A stretch of 64,000 bases of DNA from Candidatus Omnitrophota bacterium (GTDB taxonomy: Bacteria > Omnitrophota > Omnitrophia > Omnitrophales > Aquincolibacteriaceae). Every line of letters starts with the position of its first letter. The first letter of the stretch is position 1. The DNA lies in assembly GCA_043803685.1 (NCBI GenBank), contig JAZDJU010000005.1, forward strand, positions 11,579 through 75,578. The letters run 5' to 3'. The position numbers were made by a program, and so were the translations under genes. Shown here piece after piece: positions 1 to 9,748 of this stretch. The notes beneath the pieces were generated by a model that saw only the letters and a program-made list of their open reading frames with translations, made no database searches and was not told the DNA's origin.

Positions 1-12
1 GAGAAACCGCGT

Positions 13-1395
13 ATGCGTCGCTCCGTCCTGATCCTTGTTTCGCTTGGCGTGGCGGTACTCTTTGTGGTTTGGCAATCCCAAGAGGTCTCTTTGTCTTATT
101 ATCTTCTCTCGACACTTTGGTTGTTGCCGCTCTATTATTTTTTTAAAGAAAAAACTTACGGTCTTTTGGCGGCTGCGGTGTTGGGGGTTTGCGCGCTTCA
201 CGCGTGGTTCTTTGTCGGCAATCCGCATCTTCGGGTCGCCGGACTGTGGGTTGTTCAAGTGCTTCTTTTTTTGGGGTTTTGTTATTACTACGAAGAGTTG
301 AAACGTTTTCTGGACCGCGCTCAGGAGTCCAAAGAGAGTGTTCGGAAAAGTCTGGAATCGTTTCAAGTCAAATATCAGACCCGGTTGAGTAGTCTTCGTC
401 ATCTGGAAGTCCAAGTGAGCAGTCTTATGAATCTCTTCGAGATCGCCCGCGATTTTAGCGAGTGCATGGATTTTTCTACTTTGGCGGAATTTCTCCTGAA
501 AAAACTGCGTTCGGAACTTGCGTTTGAAAAAATGCAGATATTTGTTGTGCCGCATTTTATTCTCGGGAAGGATTCTGGACCAGTGAAGGTCTATTCGATG
601 TTGCCCGAAGGTGTGCAAGAGGAGGCGCGAGCTCTCACAGACCAGGAGACAGAGGATTTTATGGCCATGACCCTTGCCAAAACCATGGTGCGCCGCGAGG
701 AGCGTTGGTGTTTTCCGATCATGGAAGGCAACGAGGTTAGTGCTGTTTTTGAGATCCACGGGATCAAAGAAGAGGATCTGGCGCGTGTGGAGGTCTTGAC
801 CGCTTATCTCGTGCTGTTGATCAAGAAGATCACGCTTTATGAGACGGTGCGGGAGTTAGCGATCGTGGACGAATTGACGCAAGTTTTCGTGCGCCATCAC
901 TTTCTTGAGCGTTTGGAGGAAGAACTGCGCAGAAGTATCCGTTTTCAGTTGCCCTTGACGGTATTAATGTTAGACATCGATCATTTCAAAAGATATAATG
1001 ACGACTTCGGGCACTTGGTCGGGGACGCTACGCTGAAGGAAGTGTCGGATTTGCTAAAAAAGAATTTGCGTCGCGTCGATCTTGTGGGCCGCTATGGTGG
1101 GGAAGAGTTCGTGGTGGCCATGCCGGAGACCCGGGTCGCTAATGCCGCCGAAGTCGCCGAGCGTATTCGGTCCAGTATTGCCCGGCACGATTTCCAGGTC
1201 TACAATGTCAGGACCAAAGTGACTGTCAGTCAGGGGATTACGGTATTTGGGGGCGAAATTGCATCTCAAGTCGATCCCGTCGATGTAAAAGCTCTTGCTG
1301 CTGAGTTGATACGGAAAGCAGACGAAGCCATGTATCGTGCCAAAGATGAAGGCCGTAATCGGGTTTGTTTGGATAAAGATATTAAGGGATCGTGA
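13..1395 (+). CDS. Membrane-anchored diguanylate cyclase (GGDEF domain)
   Basis: Hydrophobic N-terminal helices and coiled coil; DELT, LDIDHFKRYND, GHLVGD, RYGGEEF active site with RxxD I-site (RRVD) upstream; KADEAMYRAK. Confidence 0.92.
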   Translation: MRRSVLILVSLGVAVLFVVWQSQEVSLSYYLLSTLWLLPLYYFFKEKTYGLLAAAVLGVCALHAWFFVGNPHLRVAGLWVVQVLLFLGFCYYYEELKRFLDRAQESKESVRKSLESFQVKYQTRLSSLRHLEVQVSSLMNLFEIARDFSECMDFSTLAEFLLKKLRSELAFEKMQIFVVPHFILGKDSGPVKVYSMLPEGVQEEARALTDQETEDFMAMTLAKTMVRREERWCFPIMEGNEVSAVFEIHGIKEEDLARVEVLTAYLVLLIKKITLYETVRELAIVDELTQVFVRHHFLERLEEELRRSIRFQLPLTVLMLDIDHFKRYNDDFGHLVGDATLKEVSDLLKKNLRRVDLVGRYGGEEFVVAMPETRVANAAEVAERIRSSIARHDFQVYNVRTKVTVSQGITVFGGEIASQVDPVDVKALAAELIRKADEAMYRAKDEGRNRVCLDKDIKGS

Positions 1396-1396
1396 G

Positions 1397-3853
1397 ATGC
1401 TTCCAATGATGACCTCCGGAAAATCAAAGTCCGTCGCCATAGTTTTTTTTCTTTCGTTGCTCCTGTCGATTCCTTCCGTGTGCGCTGCAGAATCCACTAA
1501 AGACGCGGTGCCTTCCAAGAGCTCCGGAAAAGCCGCAAGTCGAGATCTTCCCATAAAGAATATTTTTGATTCAAGCGATTCGAAGGTCGAAGCGGTGGCA
1601 GATAGCCTGGAATATTCTAAAGATTCCAAAAAAATGATCGCCCGCGGCAATGCCGTCATCACTTACCAGAAAACCCGCATCCTCGCTGATTATGCAGAAG
1701 TTGAGACTGACGCCAAAAAGGCTTACGCAAAAGGGCACGTGATGATCTTCCAGGGGGATGCGCCGCGTCTCCAGGGCGAGGAGATCTATTATGATTTTGG
1801 AAATCATACGGGGAGTTTTCCGAACGCACGAGCCATGAACGATCCTTGGTATGCCAAGGGAGCGGATATTCGCCAGATCCGTGAAGGCGTGGATAAGATC
1901 CAGAATGGAAGTGTGACGACGTGTAATCTTGAAAAACCCCATTACGAGATACGTAGCAAAAAAGCGACTCTTTATGTCGATGAAAAGATCGTGATGTATA
2001 GTGTCACCATCCGCGTGTTGGGCAAGCCGGTGTTCTGGCTTCCTATGCTGAATGTTCCTCTGAATTGGCCTAGCATACCCGTTCAAGTCAACCAGGGGTA
2101 TAGCAAAAAGAACGGTGTTTATTTTGGCCTCATGAAGGGCGTGACCCTGAATAAGCACTTGTGGGGCAAGGCGATGGTGGATTGGCGTCAGAAGCGGGGT
2201 ATTGGAGGCGGGTGGAAGCAGTACTATCATTACGGAAAGTGGGCCAGGGGCAATATCAAGCTTTACTGGACGCAAGACAAAAAAGCGCCGACGATGAATT
2301 ACATTGATCCGGCGACTGGGCAGGCAGGCAATCCCTTTGACCGGCTTGAAGAGCGCAAACACGGGCGTGGAGAGATCACCTGGCGTCACCGGACAGATCT
2401 TGATGATAAGACGAGCGTCTTGCTCCGCTATCAACGTCTTTCCGACCCCTATTTTTTGCAGGAATTCTTTGAAAGAGAATATCGCGGGGATATCCAACCT
2501 CATTCCTTTGTGACGACCACGCGTAATGCCGAACGCTATGGGGCTATGATCCATCTTGAGAAAAAGATGAATAGCTATGAGACCATGGTCGAGCGCCTGC
2601 CGGAAGTGAGGCTTGATTGGAAAAATCAGCCTTTCTACAAACAGCTTGTCTACAACGAAAGTCGAGTTCAATTTGACAGTCTGAAGTTGTTCTCGACGCC
2701 TTATTCCAACAATCACAAGTCCGCGGTTCGCACAGACGCTTACAGCCGCTGGTACATGCCGCTCAAGTGGAATGATTTTAGTTTCACTCCCTATGCAGGA
2801 TATCGCGGAACGGAATATAGCCAACAATACAGCTCCAATGCTTCACGGTACCGGAATGTCATTGATTACGGTGCTGATCTCCGCACACATTTCTACAAGA
2901 CGCATGATGTCTCTTTCGAAAAGATGGGGATCGAGATCAATCAATTGCGTCACATCGCGGTGCCGAGCCTTGGGTTCCAGGGAGCGACTTCGACCGTCAA
3001 TCGTGAAAAACTGATCCATTTCGATACGGTCGACATGGTCGACGATGCCGCAAAACTCGTGTTGGGCTTGGAGAACCGGCTTCAGACGAAAAGGGTTGTC
3101 GGTGGAAAAATGCGGCGCGTGGATGTCGTGAGTTTGAACACCTATCTTTTTTATGACATGATACCGTCCTTCGAGAATCCTTACCAAAAGGGACCTCGTT
3201 TTTCAACGCTTGAGAACAAGCTGATCCTTAGGCCCTACGAGTGGCTTGAGACCCAAACGCGCGTTCAGTTCGATTTTGCCAGTCATTACCTCAAACGGAC
3301 CGATCAGGATTTTATTGTTCGAAAGGGGAAATGGCGATTTATTTTTGGTTACAGTCAGGTGCATGATTTTTATGATTATCTTACGGATGTGGCGGTTCAA
3401 AAGAGCCAGCAGTTCATCATCGACGCTCGGTACAAGATCAATCCTCTGTGGATGGCGGGGGGATATATCCGTTGGGATACCGCGGACCGGACTCGATTGA
3501 ATGATGTTACGTGGAACAACAATATGAATAGCGTGACGAACGGCTCCCAAGGTTACGGGATCCAGGAATGGGAACTTTCGGCTATTCGGGATCTTCACGA
3601 TTTCTTGCTTGAATTCGGCCTGAATTCGCGACATTCGCTAGCCGACAGTACCAGCAATAACAAGAACAAGATGAACTATACTGTCTTCGCAAAATTCTCG
3701 ATGAAAGGACTTCCTGTCGCTCTAGGCCAGAGCGGACAGACGCCTTTTTGCGCGCCGCGCATCGGTGAAACGGTGGCTGGGTCCAATGAGAGCGGCGGCT
3801 TGTTCGATGCGCCGATGCTGCCCGGAGACAATCAACTTCTTACCCCTCGCTAG
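1397..3853 (+). CDS. lptD: LPS-assembly protein LptD/OstA-like outer-membrane protein
   Basis: Signal-peptide-like N-terminus; ADSLEY..ARGNAVITY OstA-like region; GSVTTCNLEKPHY; aromatic beta-strand-rich C-terminus. Start moved to ATG 1397, just after the GGDEF stop. Confidence 0.75.
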   Translation: MLPMMTSGKSKSVAIVFFLSLLLSIPSVCAAESTKDAVPSKSSGKAASRDLPIKNIFDSSDSKVEAVADSLEYSKDSKKMIARGNAVITYQKTRILADYAEVETDAKKAYAKGHVMIFQGDAPRLQGEEIYYDFGNHTGSFPNARAMNDPWYAKGADIRQIREGVDKIQNGSVTTCNLEKPHYEIRSKKATLYVDEKIVMYSVTIRVLGKPVFWLPMLNVPLNWPSIPVQVNQGYSKKNGVYFGLMKGVTLNKHLWGKAMVDWRQKRGIGGGWKQYYHYGKWARGNIKLYWTQDKKAPTMNYIDPATGQAGNPFDRLEERKHGRGEITWRHRTDLDDKTSVLLRYQRLSDPYFLQEFFEREYRGDIQPHSFVTTTRNAERYGAMIHLEKKMNSYETMVERLPEVRLDWKNQPFYKQLVYNESRVQFDSLKLFSTPYSNNHKSAVRTDAYSRWYMPLKWNDFSFTPYAGYRGTEYSQQYSSNASRYRNVIDYGADLRTHFYKTHDVSFEKMGIEINQLRHIAVPSLGFQGATSTVNREKLIHFDTVDMVDDAAKLVLGLENRLQTKRVVGGKMRRVDVVSLNTYLFYDMIPSFENPYQKGPRFSTLENKLILRPYEWLETQTRVQFDFASHYLKRTDQDFIVRKGKWRFIFGYSQVHDFYDYLTDVAVQKSQQFIIDARYKINPLWMAGGYIRWDTADRTRLNDVTWNNNMNSVTNGSQGYGIQEWELSAIRDLHDFLLEFGLNSRHSLADSTSNNKNKMNYTVFAKFSMKGLPVALGQSGQTPFCAPRIGETVAGSNESGGLFDAPMLPGDNQLLTPR

Positions 3854-3906
3854 CCTGTGAGGCTCGCGATCCATACAATCAACGGCATTTGCCAAGGTGC
3901 AAATCT

Positions 3907-5205
3907 ATGAAGATCGGGATCATTGGTTCGGGATATGTGGGTCTTGTGACAGGGGCCTGCCTTGCGCATCTGGGGCATAGGGTCACTTGCGTGGATCAGG
4001 ATAACGCTAAGATCCGGACACTCATAAAAGGGAAGATCCCCTTTTATGAGCCCGGGCTTATGGAAATGGTGATGGAGAATGTGGCGGCCAAGCGGTTATC
4101 GTTCACCACCGAGATCGCCAGGATCGTGAACGTCTGCGAAGTGCTTTTTATTTGTGTCAATACGCCCCCCAAGCCCAACGGCGAGGCGGATCTGAGCTTT
4201 GTGGAGACGGTCGCAAAACAGATCGCGACCCATCTTCGAAAATATTGTTTGGTCGTCGAGAAGAGCACGGTCCCTGTCGAAACGGGAGAGTGGGTGCGGC
4301 GGTCGATCAAGCACTATGTCAAAAAGGACGTCCAGTTCGATGTCGCTTCGAACCCGGAATTTCTGCGCGAGGGATCGGCGATCCATGACTTTCTCCAACC
4401 GGACCGCATTGTGATCGGCGTTTCAAGCGAGCGGGCAGAGAAGATCTTCCGGACGCTCTACAGTCCGCTCAAGGCTCCGATCATCGTGACGGACATCAAG
4501 AGCGCCGAGCTTATCAAGCATGCCGCCAATTCGTTTCTCGCGACCAAAATCTCGTTCACGAACGCGGTCTCCAAAATCTGTGACGCGGTGGGCGCGGATA
4601 TTGAGAAGGTCGCTTTGGGGATGGGGTTGGACGCGCGGATCGGCAAGCAGTTCCTCAAGGCGGGAATCGGGTTTGGCGGTTCGTGTTTTCCCAAGGACGT
4701 GAGCGCTTTCCTGCATATTTCCGATAAATTGGGCGTCCGGTTCGAACTTCTTGCGGATGTGCTCAGGATCAACGATTCTCAGGCGAGATATTTCGTGGAG
4801 AAGATCAAAAATTCCATGAAGACACTCCGGGGCAAGACGATCGGGGTGTTGGGGCTTGCATTCAAGCCGGACACGGACGATATGCGCTCGGCGCCGGCGA
4901 TCCCGATCATTCAGATGCTCCAGAAGGAAGGTGCTCGTGTGCGGGCCTATGATCCCCAGGCGGCCTCAAAGGCTGCACCTTTGCTCCGCGATGTGGAGTA
5001 CGTCGATACACCGTACGAGGTGAGTCACGGGGCCCATGCGATCGCGCTCCTTACGGAGTGGAGTGAATTTCTTAATCTGGACTGGGAGCAGCTTAAGAAA
5101 TCCATGAAGGGCCGGTTCTTCTTCGATGGTCGTAACATGTTCTCGCCTTTGGAAATGAAGAAACGTGGTTTCCATTACTTCAGCGTCGGCAGGCCGTCGG
5201 CCTGA
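3907..5205 (+). CDS. ugd: UDP-glucose 6-dehydrogenase
   Basis: GSGYVG, EKSTVP, SNPEFLREG, GFGGSCFPKD, GLAFKPDTDD motifs. Confidence 0.95.
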   Translation: MKIGIIGSGYVGLVTGACLAHLGHRVTCVDQDNAKIRTLIKGKIPFYEPGLMEMVMENVAAKRLSFTTEIARIVNVCEVLFICVNTPPKPNGEADLSFVETVAKQIATHLRKYCLVVEKSTVPVETGEWVRRSIKHYVKKDVQFDVASNPEFLREGSAIHDFLQPDRIVIGVSSERAEKIFRTLYSPLKAPIIVTDIKSAELIKHAANSFLATKISFTNAVSKICDAVGADIEKVALGMGLDARIGKQFLKAGIGFGGSCFPKDVSAFLHISDKLGVRFELLADVLRINDSQARYFVEKIKNSMKTLRGKTIGVLGLAFKPDTDDMRSAPAIPIIQMLQKEGARVRAYDPQAASKAAPLLRDVEYVDTPYEVSHGAHAIALLTEWSEFLNLDWEQLKKSMKGRFFFDGRNMFSPLEMKKRGFHYFSVGRPSA

Positions 5206-5218
5206 GAAGGGGGTTCCG

Positions 5219-5950
5219 ATGAAGGGTGTCATCCTTGCAGGGGGCCTCGGTAGCCGCCTTTTTCCTCTCACCAAAGTTACTAACAAGCATCTTCTTCCGG
5301 TCTATAACAAGCCCATGATCTACTATCCGATCGAGACGCTTGTGCGCGCCGGGGTTCGTGACATCCTGATCGTGACAGGCGGGAACTCTTCCGGAGATTT
5401 TCTCAAGCTTTTAGGGAACGGGAAACAATTTGGCCTGAAACACATCAATTATACCTATCAGGAAGGCGAAGGCGGTATCGCTCAGGCTTTGGGTCTTGCC
5501 GAGCATTTTGTAGGGAACGAGAAGGTCGTAGTGGTTCTGGGGGACAATATCATCCAGGCGGATATCACGCCGCACGTCCGAAGCTTTAGTGCACAGCCCG
5601 AAGGCGCGCGGCTTTTGCTGAAAAAAGTTCCGGACCCGGGGCGCTTTGGTGTGGCTACTTTAAAAAAAAACAAGATCGTCGAGATCGTCGAGAAGCCTAA
5701 GGTTCCCAAAAGTTCGTACGCGGTCATCGGGCTCTATATGTATGATGCCAAGGTCTTCAGCTTCATTAAAACGCTCAAGCCTTCGCGCCGGGGAGAATTG
5801 GAGATCACGGACGTGAACAACTGGTATCTCAAACGCGGCGCGCTTCAGCACGACATTTTGAATGGTTTTTGGACCGATGCCGGGCAATTTGAGTCCTTAT
5901 ATCGCGCCAATACCCTAGTGGCTCGCCAGGGGGGGTATCAGGACTCATGA
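5219..5950 (+). CDS. rmlA: Glucose-1-phosphate thymidylyltransferase (short RmlA/SpsI type)
   Basis: GVILAGGLGSRLFPLT, KHLLPVYNKPMIYY, RGELEITD, WTDAG; SD-like GAAGGGGG upstream. Confidence 0.9.
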   Translation: MKGVILAGGLGSRLFPLTKVTNKHLLPVYNKPMIYYPIETLVRAGVRDILIVTGGNSSGDFLKLLGNGKQFGLKHINYTYQEGEGGIAQALGLAEHFVGNEKVVVVLGDNIIQADITPHVRSFSAQPEGARLLLKKVPDPGRFGVATLKKNKIVEIVEKPKVPKSSYAVIGLYMYDAKVFSFIKTLKPSRRGELEITDVNNWYLKRGALQHDILNGFWTDAGQFESLYRANTLVARQGGYQDS

Positions 5951-6032
5951 TTCTTCTTCATCAAAAAAAAGATGAGTTATCATGGCTGTCCAAGCCGCCA
6001 TTCATGGAAAAGAAAATAAAGGCTTGGACGTC

Positions 6033-7013
6033 ATGAAACAGATTCTTGTGACGGGGGGCTGTGGCTTCATTGGATCAAATTTTATACGCTATTTCCTCGC
6101 GAATCGGCCGGCGTGGAAAGTTATCAATCTCGATAAGTTGAGTTATTCTGGAAATCCCGCGAATCTCCGTGATTTGAAAGGTTCTTCCCGCTACAAGTTC
6201 GTGAAAGGTGACATCACGGACAAAAAGCTCGTTATGAAGCTTATGAAACAAGTGTCCGCGGTCGTACACTTTGCCGCTGAGACCCATGTGGACCGCTCCA
6301 TCGAGAGTGCTGACGATTTTCTCGTGACGAATATCCTCGGGACGGCCGCGATGCTTGAGGCATCGCTTGCTTGCGCGATCCCTCGTTTCGTGCACATGTC
6401 GACCGATGAGGTCTACGGTTCGATCTCTAAGGGATTTGCCGATGAGCGGGCGCCGCTTCTGCCGAACAGTCCGTATTCGGCGTCGAAGGCTGGAGCAGAC
6501 CTTTTAGTGAGGTCTTTTCAGGAGACTTTCGATCATCCGGCCATGATCGTTCGATGTACGAACAATTTTGGTCCCTATCAATTTCCGGAAAAGGTCATAC
6601 CGCTTTTCGTGACGAACCTTTTGGAGAATAAGACAGTTCCTCTCTACGGAAAAGGCAATAATCGGCGGGATTGGATCTATGTCGAGGACGCCTGCCGTGC
6701 CATTCTTTTGGTGCTCGAAAAGGGGAGGCCGGGCGAGATCTATAACGTGGGGGCGCACCATGAGATGAGCAATCTCGAGTTGACCCGGGCGATCTTGCGT
6801 CATTTCAAGAAGGGCAGGGAAATGATCCGCAATGTGGCGGACCGTCTCGGACACGACCTCCGTTATGCTGTCAATTATAACAAGCTGAAACAGTTGGGCT
6901 TTCGTCCGCGTTGGAGTTTTGAAAAGGGACTTGCCGCGACGACGAGGTGGTATCGGGAAAATCAAGGTTGGTGGCGTCCGCTTAAACAGGATAAATACAC
7001 GATGAAATCGTGA
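6033..7013 (+). CDS. rmlB: dTDP-glucose 4,6-dehydratase
   Basis: TGGCGFIGSNF, HFAAETHVDRSI, STDEVYG, SPYSASKA, GPYQFPEK, GHDLRY. Confidence 0.95.
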   Translation: MKQILVTGGCGFIGSNFIRYFLANRPAWKVINLDKLSYSGNPANLRDLKGSSRYKFVKGDITDKKLVMKLMKQVSAVVHFAAETHVDRSIESADDFLVTNILGTAAMLEASLACAIPRFVHMSTDEVYGSISKGFADERAPLLPNSPYSASKAGADLLVRSFQETFDHPAMIVRCTNNFGPYQFPEKVIPLFVTNLLENKTVPLYGKGNNRRDWIYVEDACRAILLVLEKGRPGEIYNVGAHHEMSNLELTRAILRHFKKGREMIRNVADRLGHDLRYAVNYNKLKQLGFRPRWSFEKGLAATTRWYRENQGWWRPLKQDKYTMKS

Positions 7014-7092
7014 CGTCCCATGCTTTATTTTATTTCAAGAACAGCGAATTAGAGAGTCATCATTATCAACTCGTTTTCAGAACAGGGGCATT

Positions 7093-8070
7093 ATGACCGA
7101 ACAACCTTTAAAGAAAATATTGATCACCGGTGCTGGCGGCATGCTCGGAACCGATCTCGGGAATGTTCTGAAATCGGAATTCGAGATCGTGGGGCTTGAA
7201 CGTCGTCCTGTGACGCACCTGACCGTTCCTTACGATATTTGTGATCTGACGCAGGCCCGAAAAACGCGGGATACCATATTGAGTCACAAGCCGGATGTGA
7301 TCGTTCATGCGGCCGCGATGACCGATGTGGACTATTGTGAAGAGCACCAGGCTGAGGCTTTGGAGAACAACGTTACTGCGACCGAGCATGTAGTCAATGC
7401 AGCTAACGAGATCGATGTCCCCGTCATTTTTTTTAGCACGGACTATGTGTTTGACGGTAAGAAAAAGGAAGCCTATGTCGAAGCCGATACGCCTAATCCG
7501 GCCAGCTATTACGGTAAGACCAAAAGGATGGCGGAGATGAGTATTCTCCGAACGGCAAAACGGGCCACAATCTTGCGGATCTCTTGGTTGTTCGGTGTCT
7601 GGGGGCGTTGCTTTCCCAAAGCCATTTTGCGGCAAGCCGCAGAGATGCCATCCCTTAATGTGGTGGATGATCAGTGTGGTTGTCCGACGTGGACGTGGGA
7701 TCTTGCGCAAATAATGCAAAAGACGGTTTTCCGGACCTGGGGTATGTTGTTGAAAACGGGGGTCGAGATCTTTCATCTTGGAAATGCGGGGAGCGTTCAT
7801 TGGGCGGATTATGCGCGATTTGTTCTCAGAGAGTCCGGGCTCAATGCTGTGGAGGTCAAGAACATCTCTAGTTCGGATCTGAAACGTCCCGCGCCTCGGC
7901 CGGCGAACTCGGTCCTTTCATTTGAGAAGTTTAGAAAAGCTTTCGGGATGGAACTGCGGTCATGGGAAGAGGCGACGCTTGAGTTTCTACCCATATTAAA
8001 GAAAGAAATGGCTGAGCAAGAAGCGAAGACGGCGGCCAAGGACGCGGAGAAGGAGAATCAGGCATCATGA
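7093..8070 (+). CDS. rmlD: dTDP-4-dehydrorhamnose reductase
   Basis: [38 protein letters not shown]. Confidence 0.9.
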   Translation: MTEQPLKKILITGAGGMLGTDLGNVLKSEFEIVGLERRPVTHLTVPYDICDLTQARKTRDTILSHKPDVIVHAAAMTDVDYCEEHQAEALENNVTATEHVVNAANEIDVPVIFFSTDYVFDGKKKEAYVEADTPNPASYYGKTKRMAEMSILRTAKRATILRISWLFGVWGRCFPKAILRQAAEMPSLNVVDDQCGCPTWTWDLAQIMQKTVFRTWGMLLKTGVEIFHLGNAGSVHWADYARFVLRESGLNAVEVKNISSSDLKRPAPRPANSVLSFEKFRKAFGMELRSWEEATLEFLPILKKEMAEQEAKTAAKDAEKENQAS

Positions 8071-9020
8071 ATCTCAAGAAAACATGTGTTGTTACGGGGG
8101 GCGGCGGGTTCCTCGGATCCCACCTTTGTGAGAAATTCCTGGGGCGGCAGTGGCGGGTCATCGCGATCGATAATTTTATCACGGGTAATGAAAAGAATAT
8201 CGCGCCCCTGAAAAAGAACAGAGCGTTCGAATTGATCCGGCGTGACGTGAGCAAGTCCATCCGGGTCCCGGGGCGAGTGGATTATGTCCTGCATTTCGCT
8301 TCGCCGGCGAGTCCGTTGGATTATCTCCAATTTCCCATTCAAACGCTCAAGGTTGGCGCTTTGGGTACGCACAATGCTCTGGGGCTCGCCCGGGATAAGA
8401 AGGCTGTTTTTTTGTTGGCGTCGACTTCGGAAGTGTATGGAGATCCTCTTGTGCATCCCCAGACTGAGGCATACTGGGGAAACGTCAACCCCGTGGGGCC
8501 TCGCGGTGTTTATGACGAGGCGAAGCGGTTTGCCGAGGCGATGACGATGGCCTATCACCGGACGCACAAAATGGATACGAAGATCATTCGTATTTTCAAC
8601 ACCTACGGTCCGAGGATGCGTCTTCGCGACGGGCGCGCGATCCCGGCGTTCCTGTCGCAAGCTCTCACCGGAAAACCGGTGACGGTGTTCGGGGACGGGC
8701 GGCAGACCCGGAGTTTGTGTTTCATCAGCGATCTGGTTGCCGGCATCGAAAAACTTCTGCTTTCCTCGGTCCACGAGCCGGTCAATGTTGGGAACCCTAA
8801 TGAGATCTCCATGATGGAACTGGCGAAAAAGATCGTGAGGATCACCGGCAGCTCGAGCCGCATTGTGAAAAAAGCGCTTCCGGTCGATGATCCCAAGGTG
8901 CGTCAGCCCGATATCACGAAAGCCAGGAAATATCTTTCATGGGCGCCGAAGGTTTCTCTCGATGAGGGACTGAAAGTCACGATCGAATATTTTAAAGAGG
9001 CGCTTCAAGCCAGGAAGTAG
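8067..9020 (+). CDS. UDP-glucuronate decarboxylase (UDP-xylose synthase family SDR)
   Basis: [69 protein letters not shown]. Confidence 0.9.
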   Translation: MNLKKTCVVTGGGGFLGSHLCEKFLGRQWRVIAIDNFITGNEKNIAPLKKNRAFELIRRDVSKSIRVPGRVDYVLHFASPASPLDYLQFPIQTLKVGALGTHNALGLARDKKAVFLLASTSEVYGDPLVHPQTEAYWGNVNPVGPRGVYDEAKRFAEAMTMAYHRTHKMDTKIIRIFNTYGPRMRLRDGRAIPAFLSQALTGKPVTVFGDGRQTRSLCFISDLVAGIEKLLLSSVHEPVNVGNPNEISMMELAKKIVRITGSSSRIVKKALPVDDPKVRQPDITKARKYLSWAPKVSLDEGLKVTIEYFKEALQARK

Positions 9021-9028
9021 TCTTTCCG

Positions 9029-9748
9029 ATGAAGGAAAAAATGCCGCATCTTTCCGTGGTTATCCCCGCATACAATGAAGAATTGCGTCTGCCGCAGACT
9101 CTGGCGTCGGTCGTGGCTTTTCTTCAGAGCCAGCCGTATGCATCGGAGATCGTCGTTTCCGATGACGGAAGTCAGGACCGGACGATCCCGCTGGCCGAGG
9201 AACTTCTGAAGGATTTTCCTCATCAGATTCTGAAGGTACCCCGGAATCGAGGAAAAGGTCACGCGGTCCGGCAGGGCATGCTCGCGGCCACAGGCGATTA
9301 TGTTCTTTTTATGGACGCGGACCTGTCGACGCCCATCGAGGAAGTGAACGGGTTTTTAGAGCGTCTTGAAAAAGACCAGGACGTTGTGATCGGTTCACGG
9401 GCGCTTCCGGATTCCCGGGTTGAGATCCACCAGAATTTCTTTCGCGAGAGCATGGGGAAGGTCTTTAATTTTATCGCCCAGCGATGGGCCTTTAAGGGTG
9501 TCCAGGATTCCCAGTGCGGTTTTAAATGTTTTCGCCGGGAGTCGGCTCGGAAGCTTTTTGGCCTTCAGAAACTCGACGGGTTCAGTTTTGATGTCGAGAT
9601 CGTGTATTTAGCTCAAAAACACGGGTTCCGTCTATTAGAGCTTCCTGTGACCTGGCGCAATTCCACCCAAAGTCGTGTCCAAGTTTTTCGGGACCCCCTT
9701 GTGATGTTCTGGGATGTCCTGAGGATACGCAGTCTCCACGCCCGATGA
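9029..9748 (+). CDS. GT2, dolichyl/polyprenyl-phosphate glycosyltransferase (ALG5-like)
   Basis: SVVIPAYNE, DDGSQD, NRGKGHAVRQG, FMDADLSTP, DSQCGFK, FSFDVE. Confidence 0.88.
   Translation: MKEKMPHLSVVIPAYNEELRLPQTLASVVAFLQSQPYASEIVVSDDGSQDRTIPLAEELLKDFPHQILKVPRNRGKGHAVRQGMLAATGDYVLFMDADLSTPIEEVNGFLERLEKDQDVVIGSRALPDSRVEIHQNFFRESMGKVFNFIAQRWAFKGVQDSQCGFKCFRRESARKLFGLQKLDGFSFDVEIVYLAQKHGFRLLELPVTWRNSTQSRVQVFRDPLVMFWDVLRIRSLHAR

Noticed and set aside
1571..2827. 418-aa minus-strand ORF within lptD (similar shadows at 11131-12429, 31913-32863, 60378-61268)
   Set aside because: Fully antisense to well-supported genes and without recognisable motifs
5662..5694. A9 tract and short AGATCGTCG tandem repeat in rmlA
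   Set aside because: Explained by the coding sequence LKKNKIVEIVEK; the frame is intact
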